NCBI GenBank assembly: GCA_964632315.1
Contig: CAZWEM010000024.1
Coordinates: 1-58,443, forward strand
DNA from: an uncultured archaeon
GTDB taxonomy: Archaea; Asgardarchaeota; Lokiarchaeia; Sigyniarchaeales; SOKP01
Reading direction: 5' to 3'
DNA: 58,443 nucleotides
Every line of letters starts with the position of its first letter. The first letter of the stretch is position 1. The translations under genes were made by a program, and so were the position numbers. The notes under the pieces are model-generated. The model was given only the letters and a program-made list of their open reading frames with translations. It was not told where the DNA came from and did no database searches. This document shows, piece by piece, positions 18,861-27,630 of this stretch.

Positions 18861-20261
18861 TTATTCTTTTTTCATTTTATCATGATACCTGTGTCCTAAC
18901 GTGCTATCTGCTAATGTAAATCGATTAAACAATCCTGCGGGATCTTTGATTGCTTTAGCCACTTCGCTTGGATCTTTTTCAGCACATAAGGATCCTAACG
19001 TGCTAATGAATTTTGCTCCTTGTTCCTTTATCCCTGGGGGTGGACCATAACATCCAAGACATGGGGCGTTAGCTTTATTTGGGCAAATTGTACCGCAACC
19101 AGCTTGAGTTACTGGACCTAAACAGATATAACCTTGTTCTAAAAAACACGTGTCCATATTAGGTAATCCTTCATAATCTCGTTTAAGATCTACAGGGACC
19201 TTATCGGCAACATCTCGATTGCAATGGCTACAGACTGTTTTAGTGCTAAATTTGAAGTTGGGATCATTTTTCAATAGAAAGAGGCATAAGCCGAGTATTT
19301 CATCAATACTTTCATTTCCTGAAACATTCACATCAAGAACGAGTTTAGGACCTATTTCTGTCTCAACTTCTTTAACCTCAAAGCTATCTGGTTCATATGC
19401 CAATTTCTGTAAAATATCACCCCTAAAATAAAAATTCGTGATATTTGAAGCACCTAAAGATACATCTAGAAAGTGTTGTATCCAAGCTGCATTTTGAGCA
19501 TCAAGGGTATCGATTTCGTATAGCATTTCTTTCAATTTGGAATATTTTGGACCAGGTTTATTCGTTGTTTTATAACACCCATAACAGATATCTCCATCAT
19601 GAGGGCACATTAGGTCGCATCCAGCTGCTGTAACCGACCCAAAACATAAGAGACCGTTATCCAATAAGCATCCTTCTTTTAATAACTTACAATTGTCACA
19701 TACTGATTTAGATCTATCTTGAGATTCGGGGCCTTCTCCAACGAGCGTGAGAAGATAAGAAATTGCACCAACGATGTTGTCAGTCGTAGGTGGACAACCT
19801 GGGATGAAAACATCGACATCAATTATATTTTTCACATTAACTATAAATTCTTCAATCCCAGGAACGTGTTCTTTTGGTTCTTGTGGCTCTTTATCAGTTA
19901 TTGACTCAACTTCCATAAATTTACGCTTGATTAAATCTTCTTTATCATATAAATTAGCCAATCCTTTTACACTACCATAACAAGCACAAGCGCCGATCGC
20001 AACAATCACCTTGCATTTTTTTCGCATTAATTTGGCATTTTCCGTGTCTTGCTTTGTTCTAGCGACTCCCTCTATAAATCCAACCACAATACTTCCATCC
20101 TCTCTCTCTTCCAAAGATTGATGTTTATAATCAACGACAGCTGGCCAATAAACAATATCCAAGGCAGGGAGAATTGGTAAAAGATTTAAATGCGCATTAA
20201 GAAGCGATTGGTGGCACCCCCAGCACGAGGATAATTGCATGAACGCTACTGGAACCGGAAT
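18861..20261 (-). CDS. MvhG/FrhG-like [NiFe]-hydrogenase small-subunit homologue with duplicated C-terminal Fe-S module; probable ATT start
   Basis: CWGCH, GACA..G, PGCPP, then two CxxC...C.G.VT.AGC...CP...C.GC modules; track ORF starts at 20240. Confidence 0.82.
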   Translation of the reverse strand: MPVPVAFMQLSSCWGCHQSLLNAHLNLLPILPALDIVYWPAVVDYKHQSLEEREDGSIVVGFIEGVARTKQDTENAKLMRKKCKVIVAIGACACYGSVKGLANLYDKEDLIKRKFMEVESITDKEPQEPKEHVPGIEEFIVNVKNIIDVDVFIPGCPPTTDNIVGAISYLLTLVGEGPESQDRSKSVCDNCKLLKEGCLLDNGLLCFGSVTAAGCDLMCPHDGDICYGCYKTTNKPGPKYSKLKEMLYEIDTLDAQNAAWIQHFLDVSLGASNITNFYFRGDILQKLAYEPDSFEVKEVETEIGPKLVLDVNVSGNESIDEILGLCLFLLKNDPNFKFSTKTVCSHCNRDVADKVPVDLKRDYEGLPNMDTCFLEQGYICLGPVTQAGCGTICPNKANAPCLGCYGPPPGIKEQGAKFISTLGSLCAEKDPSEVAKAIKDPAGLFNRFTLADSTLGHRYHDKMKKE

Positions 20262-20421
20262 AATTCTATCACCATTTCTTTACAAATTTTAAATGTTTTT
20301 CTATTGATAAAGTGAATATGAAATTTATTAAAAACTTGTTGTTCAATAACGAAAAGACTCACGATTATAGCATTTGATAACGGTGAAGAAATAGAAAAAA
20401 TATAAATTGATAAAATAGTTG

Positions 20422-21015
20422 TTATTCAATTGTTTCGCCACATTGAAAACACAAATTCGAATTGCTTGGGATTTCTGCTCCACATTCTGGACAAAATTTA
20501 GTTTCCAGTGTCATTGAATCTTGAACTTCAGTTTCTTGTATTTTTAATTTCTTTGGTTTTTTTACTTTTTTAATACTTGCTTTTCCTATAATTGCGATGG
20601 TGACTCCAATGAAATTTATTCCAGAATTATAGGTAAATTGATTATAAAGTTGATTTATAATCGTATCGAAAGAAGATCCAAAAGATAAGCCAGTAAAATT
20701 AATAATTTGGGTTAGGACCCATATAATCAAGGCAATCAATCCAAAAGTTAAACCAACCCATATAACGAACTTCCCTATTCTCATCAATCCAAGTAAAATA
20801 AGGATAGCACCAGCAATTATTGCCCACCCACCTGTATCGGCAATGAATTGAATGACATCCATGATAGAATTAGCTAATATATGCCAATCAGAAGATATAT
20901 TCGCAATTACCCACGAATGGATAAATTCAAAAACTCCTATACTGCCAATCGCACGCCCAATGACCATGAGCGTACCACCAACAAGTAACAAAATAATTCC
21001 AGTTTTGTGTTTCAT
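20422..21015 (-). CDS. membrane protein with C-terminal zinc ribbon
   Basis: four hydrophobic helices; FCPECG...CFQCG. Confidence 0.75.
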   Translation of the reverse strand: MKHKTGIILLLVGGTLMVIGRAIGSIGVFEFIHSWVIANISSDWHILANSIMDVIQFIADTGGWAIIAGAILILLGLMRIGKFVIWVGLTFGLIALIIWVLTQIINFTGLSFGSSFDTIINQLYNQFTYNSGINFIGVTIAIIGKASIKKVKKPKKLKIQETEVQDSMTLETKFCPECGAEIPSNSNLCFQCGETIE

Positions 21016-21136
21016 AATAGATCGTTCCTTATGATCATAAATTCGCGATTTTTATTAGATAACTAATTAGTAATTTAAATTTGATAAATATATTTGTATC
21101 GCGTTTAACAGACATTCATAAAGATAGTCTTCACTT

Positions 21137-21958
21137 TTACATGATAATGCGATCGGGACGAGTATAAATATTCATTTTACTACCTCTTACGAAACCTATT
21201 AAAGTTTGCCCATAAGCAAATGCAAAATTTATTCCAGATTCTATAGCCGCTGATAATGAGGCGATTAATGGTATCTTAGCTCTTATAGCCTTCAAAACGG
21301 AATCCCCCGTTAATCTACCCGTAGTAGTTAAAAAAGTACGCTCAAAATCAATATCTTTCATGAACAGCTCTCCAATTACTTTATCTATGGCATTATGGCG
21401 ACCAATATCTTCTTTAACTCCTAAAATATTGCCATCAAGATCAAAGATCGCTGCGCCATGACAACCCCCTGTCTTACGAAATAGTTGAGTTTCTGTTTGC
21501 ATTTTTATCATTGAATCAAAAATGATCTTTTTTTTGAGCTGAATATTATTACCTGCTATGTCAGATCCCTCAGCATCAATAATTTTCTCTTTGATAATGT
21601 TTCTCCATGGAGAAGGGATCCCGCATGTAGTATCTATTACTCTACTTACAGAATTTAACTTGAAAATCTCTGATTTAATTTCTAATTGATCTTTCATGTT
21701 AAGATTTATTTTACTTTTATCTTCTTCCACGTCAATGTGTTTAATCTCAGTATAAGAATTAATAATCCCTATTGAAAATAAGAATCCAACTGCTAGTTCT
21801 TTCAGATCACTTGGCAAGCAAATGATACTTGCAATAGGATTTGAGTTAATAATAATATCAACAGAACTCTCTACTAAGACAGTGTCAATATCCTCATATT
21901 TTTGGTCCTTAAGAATTCGCGTGATTTTTACTTTGCGTTCATACATATTCAAGTTCAA
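21137..21958 (-). CDS. fdhD: formate dehydrogenase accessory sulfurtransferase
   Basis: ELAVGFL, TTCG, TGGCHGA, EDIGRHNAIDK.IG, TTGR, L.GFVR. Confidence 0.93.
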   Translation of the reverse strand: MNLNMYERKVKITRILKDQKYEDIDTVLVESSVDIIINSNPIASIICLPSDLKELAVGFLFSIGIINSYTEIKHIDVEEDKSKINLNMKDQLEIKSEIFKLNSVSRVIDTTCGIPSPWRNIIKEKIIDAEGSDIAGNNIQLKKKIIFDSMIKMQTETQLFRKTGGCHGAAIFDLDGNILGVKEDIGRHNAIDKVIGELFMKDIDFERTFLTTTGRLTGDSVLKAIRAKIPLIASLSAAIESGINFAFAYGQTLIGFVRGSKMNIYTRPDRIIM

Positions 21959-22048
21959 TTAGAATTTACTATCTTCTATACTTAACCAATTTCTTTTATA
22001 AAATGATAAAAAAAACCAAAAAAAATAGCTAAAAAAAGTTAAGAACGA

Positions 22049-22870
22049 TTAAATTGCAACATAAAGTCGACCATTGGTTTCTTTGCTTACCGAATGATCT
22101 CCACTATATTCCGCAAATTTACCGCTTAATTTTTCTCCATTCGGAAGTAATACTTCATTTACTTCGCCCATCTTTTTATATGAAGGGAGTATTCTACTCA
22201 CTTTGCCTTTAATAACAATAGTTCCTCGAGATTGATCCGCTCCAGCACAACGATCTACATCCCCTTCCACAACAATCGTTCCACCATGATTGTGTATTCC
22301 TAAGAATGAGTCAGCGCTTCCACAATATAAAGTAGGCCACTTATTTGAAGGTTTCGAACTTTTTGCCCATAACATTGATTCAATACCAACTCTCCCCTTT
22401 ACTCTAATTATTCCATTTTTCATTCCCTGCCAATAACCACGATATGCAGATCCAACGTAATGACCTGCATCTCCATTAATCTCTAATTCTCCTCCCTCTA
22501 ACATGGCACCTGCCCAATCATCAGCATTTCCGTTTACTATGATCTTTCCACTCTTCATATGATTACCAACATGCATGCCGACGTTTGAGTTTATCTCTAT
22601 CTCTCCTCCATTCATCATTTCTCCGATTCTTTTCACTTTAGAGAGATTTCCATCGATTACAATCTTAAGGTTTTTAGGATCATCATCAGATTTACCAGAA
22701 ACGGAAAAAAAGTCTCCAATACTCAGTAACTCTTTACTATGATAGATCGGAAGCTTTTTTATGTCTGCTAATGTCTTACCAGCAAAATTATTTGGAGTGA
22801 TGCTTTCTGCTTCTAATGGAAATTCTGGTTGCTTCTTTAACTTTAATTTTATCTCTGCCATTTTACTCAC
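22049..22870 (-). CDS. fwdC: formylmethanofuran dehydrogenase subunit C
   Basis: KRIGEMM.GG, repeated GxxMxxG, VGSAYRG.W.GM. Confidence 0.93.
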   Translation of the reverse strand: MSKMAEIKLKLKKQPEFPLEAESITPNNFAGKTLADIKKLPIYHSKELLSIGDFFSVSGKSDDDPKNLKIVIDGNLSKVKRIGEMMNGGEIEINSNVGMHVGNHMKSGKIIVNGNADDWAGAMLEGGELEINGDAGHYVGSAYRGYWQGMKNGIIRVKGRVGIESMLWAKSSKPSNKWPTLYCGSADSFLGIHNHGGTIVVEGDVDRCAGADQSRGTIVIKGKVSRILPSYKKMGEVNEVLLPNGEKLSGKFAEYSGDHSVSKETNGRLYVAI

Positions 22871-24215
22871 CCAATTTCTCCTTTACTTTTTCGAGTAAAC
22901 GCTCTAAAATATCATGATCTGAGAGGCATTCTCCCGGAGCATCCTTTACTTTGCGTAATCTTAAAGGTACCTTGTCCATCCTGTAAGCAGTTCCCTCACA
23001 TTCAATACCTGCAAATGCTGGTGGTAAAATGATATCCGCATATGCAGAAGTGGGAGTTTCGTGAGGTTCGATGACGATTAAAGGATGCTTAAATAAATTT
23101 TTAACTGCAGGTGCTGGAAAATTGCTTGCTGGATCTGATGCTACGATTAGTGCAGCATCTACCTCATTTTTCATTAATAAATCGACTGAAGAGAATTCAC
23201 CAGGATTATATCGTGGATAACCTTTGGAGAAATCAATGGAGTACCCAAAACCCGTATTCCACGTAAAAACTTGGTTTGCTCCGGCCACATTATAGTGCCC
23301 TCTCATGGGGCATAATAGAAATTTTGTATGATCATTCAATTCCCTCACGAGACAGATTGCAGCATCAACATTCCTGTGATGAGCAAGTGATTGTGTTAAT
23401 CCCATACCAAAAAATATGACTCCATAGTTACATGATTTTAATTTTTCTGCTAATTTTACAATATCTTCTTTTTTAACGCCTGAAATTTCCTTTTCATCAA
23501 GATCCACCTCACGCAATGTAGCCCTAATTGCATTTACTAATTCATAATCTTCATTAGGATTTACAGGAATATACAAATCAGCAATTTGAGCTGTATTCGT
23601 GTTTCGAGGATCCACTACTATTATATACCTGTCATTTCTTCCATCTTTCCTGAAATATCCTCGAACAAATTGGCTATAACGACCTAAATGTCGAGGGTGG
23701 GCATGAACAGGATTGCATCCCCAAAAAACAACTAAATCAGCCCTATTTTTATATTCTCCAAGGGTTGATAATGGAGCACCGACATCTTGGATGGCCAATA
23801 GAGATGGCCCATGACAGACTGAAGCGGTATTATCCAGAATCGAACCAAGAATTTCAGCAAGTTCGACTCCTTTTCCCTGTGCTTCACATTCGGTACTAGA
23901 AAAACCATATAATAACGGTCTTTTTGCTTTTACTAAGATGTCTGCAGCTTTATCCAAGGCTTCATCCCATGAGACTTCCTTGAATTCTCCTTTTACTCTT
24001 ATTCTTGGTTTTTCAAATCGATGCTTGCTTGGGTTTGATGAAAACATTTTTTTCGTACCAATTTGGCAAGCATTGCGTACTTCAACAATCTTATTATCAG
24101 ATACATCTATTTCGAGGTCGTCACATAGAGTTACGTTTAAAATCCGTTGGGGATTTTAATTTCCGCAAAATGGACAACACACGTCATAGACTGTCTTTAT
24201 TTTTCTTTCAACCAT
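22863..24215 (-). CDS. fwdB: formylmethanofuran dehydrogenase subunit B, interrupted by a 30-nt stop-containing insert (24132-24161); 440 aa if the insert is removed
   Basis: ATG at 24215 behind GGAGG gives MVERKIKTVYDVCCPFCG-[insert]-TLCDDLEI...NACQIG, in frame with track ORF 22863..24047 (SVCHGPS, WGCNPVHAHPRH, MRGHYNV, GTAYRMD). Confidence 0.9.
24131..24161 (-). other. 30-nt hairpin insert in fwdB (candidate BHB/BHL-type intron or recoding element)
   Basis: mRNA sense AATTAAAATCCCCAACGGATTTTAAACGTA; perfect inverted repeat TTAAAATCC/GGATTTTAA; in-frame TAA at 24158-24156. Confidence 0.7.
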
Positions 24216-24217
24216 TT

Positions 24218-24613
24218 TTATGCCTCCTTTAACATTCCTATTAACTCGATTGCACCAAGGACCTTTCCGTCTTTAACTACTTCTACTTTTGCTTTCATTC
24301 CCTTATAAGTGGGGGTACCACAAGATTGTGAGTCTGGATTTACTACTTGGTTTGCCCAAGGACCCATTGGGATGAAAATTATTCCTGGGTGAGGGCCCTC
24401 TTCCGAAATTGTAGAATAAACCATTACTTCACCATAATCAGTAATAACTTTTACTGGAGTCCCCGGTAAGCAATCTAGTTTTTTAAAATCATCTCTATCA
24501 AATGCACATATAGCTGCGGCACGAACATTTTCCATCGTAGCTTTTCCTCCCTCTAATGCGACACCTTGATTTATGGTACGTCCAGTTAATAGGATTAAAT
24601 TATTTAAACTCAT
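24218..24613 (-). CDS. fwdD: formylmethanofuran dehydrogenase subunit D
   Basis: LTGRTINQG, V.TDYGE, IFIPMGPWAN.V, GTPTYKG. Confidence 0.93.
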   Translation of the reverse strand: MSLNNLILLTGRTINQGVALEGGKATMENVRAAAICAFDRDDFKKLDCLPGTPVKVITDYGEVMVYSTISEEGPHPGIIFIPMGPWANQVVNPDSQSCGTPTYKGMKAKVEVVKDGKVLGAIELIGMLKEA

Positions 24614-25326
24614 TTCTTAGCCTCCTCCTTTTTACTCCATCGCACTTTTTTAAATCTTGCAATTAATGGAGGCCAGAAAAGTTCACTAAACTCTCCAGAA
24701 GTATTCACATCAATAATTTTAAGTTGCAAAGCTCCTGTGGGACATGCGTTATCACAAGCACCACATGCCACGCAAGCGTCAGGATCCACCACTTCGACAT
24801 TTTTAGACATTTCCCAGCCGTGTTCTGGCCTTTTAGCGATTTCTATCGTTCCAGAAGGACAAACCTCAGCACATGAACCACATCCCTTAGCACATTCTTC
24901 ATCTATTACAGATACCTCAGCTTTAGCATATTGTTTTGCTATTCTGTCATTTTTTAACATTCTTGTCTCAAATTCAAGTTTGGGAACAACTTTGTTTTCT
25001 ACAATGGGGATATCTGCTAAGTTGATGGTTTCTCCATCCTTTTTAAGGGTAAGAGCAGAAAAAGGACACATTACAACACAAGTGCCACAAAACACACACT
25101 TTTTAGGGTCATAGACCTCAGGAATGATATCTGAAGTTTCAGGAAACCTGCGACTTGCACCGACAGGACCACGAGAAATGGCTTCCTTAGGGCAAACACG
25201 AGCGCATGTTCCACAGCCAACGCATTTTTCTCTATTCAGAATCAGTTCCAAACTTTGAGTAAGAAACTGTACTTTAATATGCTCTTCAACATCAGTTATA
25301 TTTCTTGAAATTTTTGGAAATGACAT
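24610..25326 (-). CDS. polyferredoxin, FwdF-like (four [4Fe-4S] motifs)
   Basis: CVGCGTCARVCP, CVFCGTCVVMCP, CAKGCGSCAEVCP, CVACGACDNACP; lies in fwd cluster; likely start at 25326. Confidence 0.85.
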   Translation of the reverse strand: MSFPKISRNITDVEEHIKVQFLTQSLELILNREKCVGCGTCARVCPKEAISRGPVGASRRFPETSDIIPEVYDPKKCVFCGTCVVMCPFSALTLKKDGETINLADIPIVENKVVPKLEFETRMLKNDRIAKQYAKAEVSVIDEECAKGCGSCAEVCPSGTIEIAKRPEHGWEMSKNVEVVDPDACVACGACDNACPTGALQLKIIDVNTSGEFSELFWPPLIARFKKVRWSKKEEAKK

Positions 25327-25328
25327 TT

Positions 25329-25586
25329 TTATGCTTCCTCCATGCATTCAATTCTTATGGCGACTTGTGGACATGACTTTACACATACACCACATCCATC
25401 GCAATTATAATCTCTATCAGTTAAATAGATTGGTCTTGCCATTCCGTTTTGTACAAGAATGACAGCATTTTTTTCGTTCAAATAACTACTTTTTCTTAAT
25501 TGATTAAAATTAATGGGACATGAGACCACACAAACATTGCAGCCCGTACACGTGTTATGATTAATCTTCAATTTAAAAATTTGCAT
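25329..25586 (-). CDS. 2x[4Fe-4S] ferredoxin, FwdG-like
   Basis: CTGCNVCVVSCP.N and CDGCGVCVKSCP. Confidence 0.85.
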   Translation of the reverse strand: MQIFKLKINHNTCTGCNVCVVSCPINFNQLRKSSYLNEKNAVILVQNGMARPIYLTDRDYNCDGCGVCVKSCPQVAIRIECMEEA

Positions 25587-26018
25587 TTAGTTTCCCTCCT
25601 TCTTAATTGGATTAGGACCAAGTTCCTTTAGAATATGCACGAATTCTTCAACTGTTTCTGTTAATTCCGCTCCTTCAGATGCCGAAATTTGAGTATAGTA
25701 CACTCTTTTCGGATTGATCCCATATTGTTCTAGATACTTATCCAGTAGAGCCATCTTGCCAAAAGTTTTATAATTACCAGTTACATAATGGCAGTCTCCT
25801 TTATGGCAATGACTCACTAAAACACCATCTGCACCATTCACTAGAGCATCTAAGATAAATTGGGGTTCTACCCTCCCACCACACATTACTCTCATTATTC
25901 GTAAGTTAGCAGGACGCTGCATCCTTGATGTCCCAGCTTGGTCTGCCCCAGCATATGTACACCAGTTACAGAATATACCAAGAATGTATGGATTAAACTC
26001 ACTTTTAGTTTCATTCAT
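25587..26018 (-). CDS. mvhD: MvhD [2Fe-2S] subunit (Cys form)
   Basis: FCNWCTYAGAD.AG..R, RVMC.GRV, GADGVL...CH.GDCHY..GN, ISASEG. Confidence 0.92.
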   Translation of the reverse strand: MNETKSEFNPYILGIFCNWCTYAGADQAGTSRMQRPANLRIMRVMCGGRVEPQFILDALVNGADGVLVSHCHKGDCHYVTGNYKTFGKMALLDKYLEQYGINPKRVYYTQISASEGAELTETVEEFVHILKELGPNPIKKEGN

Positions 26019-26124
26019 GCTTTTTCAGTTTTAATTCCAGTTATCTTATTTAATTAAACTATGTAATAAACTTAATTTTTAGAACGTAGATTTCTATAAA
26101 AAATTTAGTACTTCTTTTATTTTG

Positions 26125-27426
26125 TTATTCCAATTCTATTTTAATGTATTTCTTTTGTAACTTTATCATAGCATCTAATATTTTTTTTGCTTGTGAAGTG
26201 CTGTTTATAACGGGATCGGCAAGTAATGCTTGTAATGCAATTTTCTTTGATTTAGTAAAGATTGTTTCAACAACAAGGTCTTGCACAGAAGCTTGAGTAC
26301 GAAGTAAAGCTGCTAAGCCTCTTGGATATTCACCCAGTTTTATTGCATGTATACCATTTCTATTAACTATGGCAGGGCATTCTACTACCAGATCTTTTGG
26401 AAGATTTGTTATGACACCATCATTAGGTAAATTTACAGATAGTTCTTCATGATTATCGTCGTTTATAATCCCTTCAATTATAGGAATTGCTCGCTCACCA
26501 TCTGGTTTCACGAGCTTATCTCCCTTTCCACGTTCGATAGTTCTTTTAATCCTCTTGAGATTTTTAGCTAAATATATCTCATAGGATTCCCAAAATTCGC
26601 GTCCAAGAGGCAAATCTGCTACTTCCCATGCCCATGACATGTATTCTCCATAATGATTATCTGTTGTATAAGGTAAATAATCATAAGTTTCTAAGATATA
26701 TTTAATGAGAGATACATCAGTGCCATTACTCATCCTTTGCAGTACTGCTGGTCCTTTTTTACGAATTTCTGGATAAGCATCATCTCCTGATTCTCGATAG
26801 GTTGCTTCTAAAACAACTCCAAAATGATTCAGACCTCCCGCTTTATATTTAATTTTTGAACTTTCTCCAAATATTCTTGATAGATAAATTTCAGCATTCG
26901 CAATTTCATGACATAAACCAACAAATTTTTGATTAGGAAATCTCCGCTTTATGGCTAAACAAATTCTGCTCATTGGGTTGGAATAATTTATAAAAAGTGC
27001 TTTGGGACAAATTTTCTGAATATCCTCACAAATGTCTAAAATTGGAGGAATCACTCTTAATGAATGAAATAATCCCCCAGGTCCTCCATTTTCTCCGGTG
27101 ATTTGTGAGCTGCCCCACATCATTGGAAATTCAAAATCCCATCTAAGAATTTTAAACCTTGGAGGTATTTCTATAGCATTGATGATATATGTTGCATTTT
27201 TAAGTGCTTTTTTTCTATCAACAGAAAATTCAATTGTGAAATCAAGATTATTTTTTTCTACAACAGAACTACATGCCTGAGTTGCTAAGGCTAGATTTTC
27301 ATCATTAATATCATGAAGACAAATCGTTGATCCTTTAAGCACTTCACTATTAATGATGCTTCCTACAGATCCTAATCCAAATTGTAAGGATCCTGCTCCT
27401 ATTATTACAATTCTTTGGTTATTCAT
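26125..27426 (-). CDS. glycoside hydrolase family 4 (NAD/Mn-dependent alpha-glycosidase)
   Basis: IIGAGS, GENGGPGG.F..LR, NYSNPM, GLCH, GLNHF, VECPA, ALLADP. Confidence 0.9.
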   Translation of the reverse strand: MNNQRIVIIGAGSLQFGLGSVGSIINSEVLKGSTICLHDINDENLALATQACSSVVEKNNLDFTIEFSVDRKKALKNATYIINAIEIPPRFKILRWDFEFPMMWGSSQITGENGGPGGLFHSLRVIPPILDICEDIQKICPKALFINYSNPMSRICLAIKRRFPNQKFVGLCHEIANAEIYLSRIFGESSKIKYKAGGLNHFGVVLEATYRESGDDAYPEIRKKGPAVLQRMSNGTDVSLIKYILETYDYLPYTTDNHYGEYMSWAWEVADLPLGREFWESYEIYLAKNLKRIKRTIERGKGDKLVKPDGERAIPIIEGIINDDNHEELSVNLPNDGVITNLPKDLVVECPAIVNRNGIHAIKLGEYPRGLAALLRTQASVQDLVVETIFTKSKKIALQALLADPVINSTSQAKKILDAMIKLQKKYIKIELE

Positions 27427-27630
27427 TTTTTATCATTTTTGAATTTTTCTTATGCCTTTTTACTCAAGAGATTAACCACTTTTATTTTGTTTAATCGATA
27501 CTTTTCTCAAAAGCTCGAATCTTTTGAAATTTAAAAATATAATAATTAAATTTATATTATACATCAGTACATTTCAAAATAAATTGTTTATCAAAAATAG
27601 AAAAAAGAAATTCAAATAGATGATAATAAT

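Noticed and set aside
24156-24158. In-frame stop in fwdB as a selenocysteine or pyrrolysine codon
   Set aside because: The codon is TAA, not TGA or TAG. It lies inside a 10-codon insert rather than at a Cys position, and the metal ligand is an ordinary Cys (SVCHG).
25587-26018. MvhD as a selenoprotein (VhuD type)
   Set aside because: The ORF is uninterrupted and the ligand positions are Cys codons
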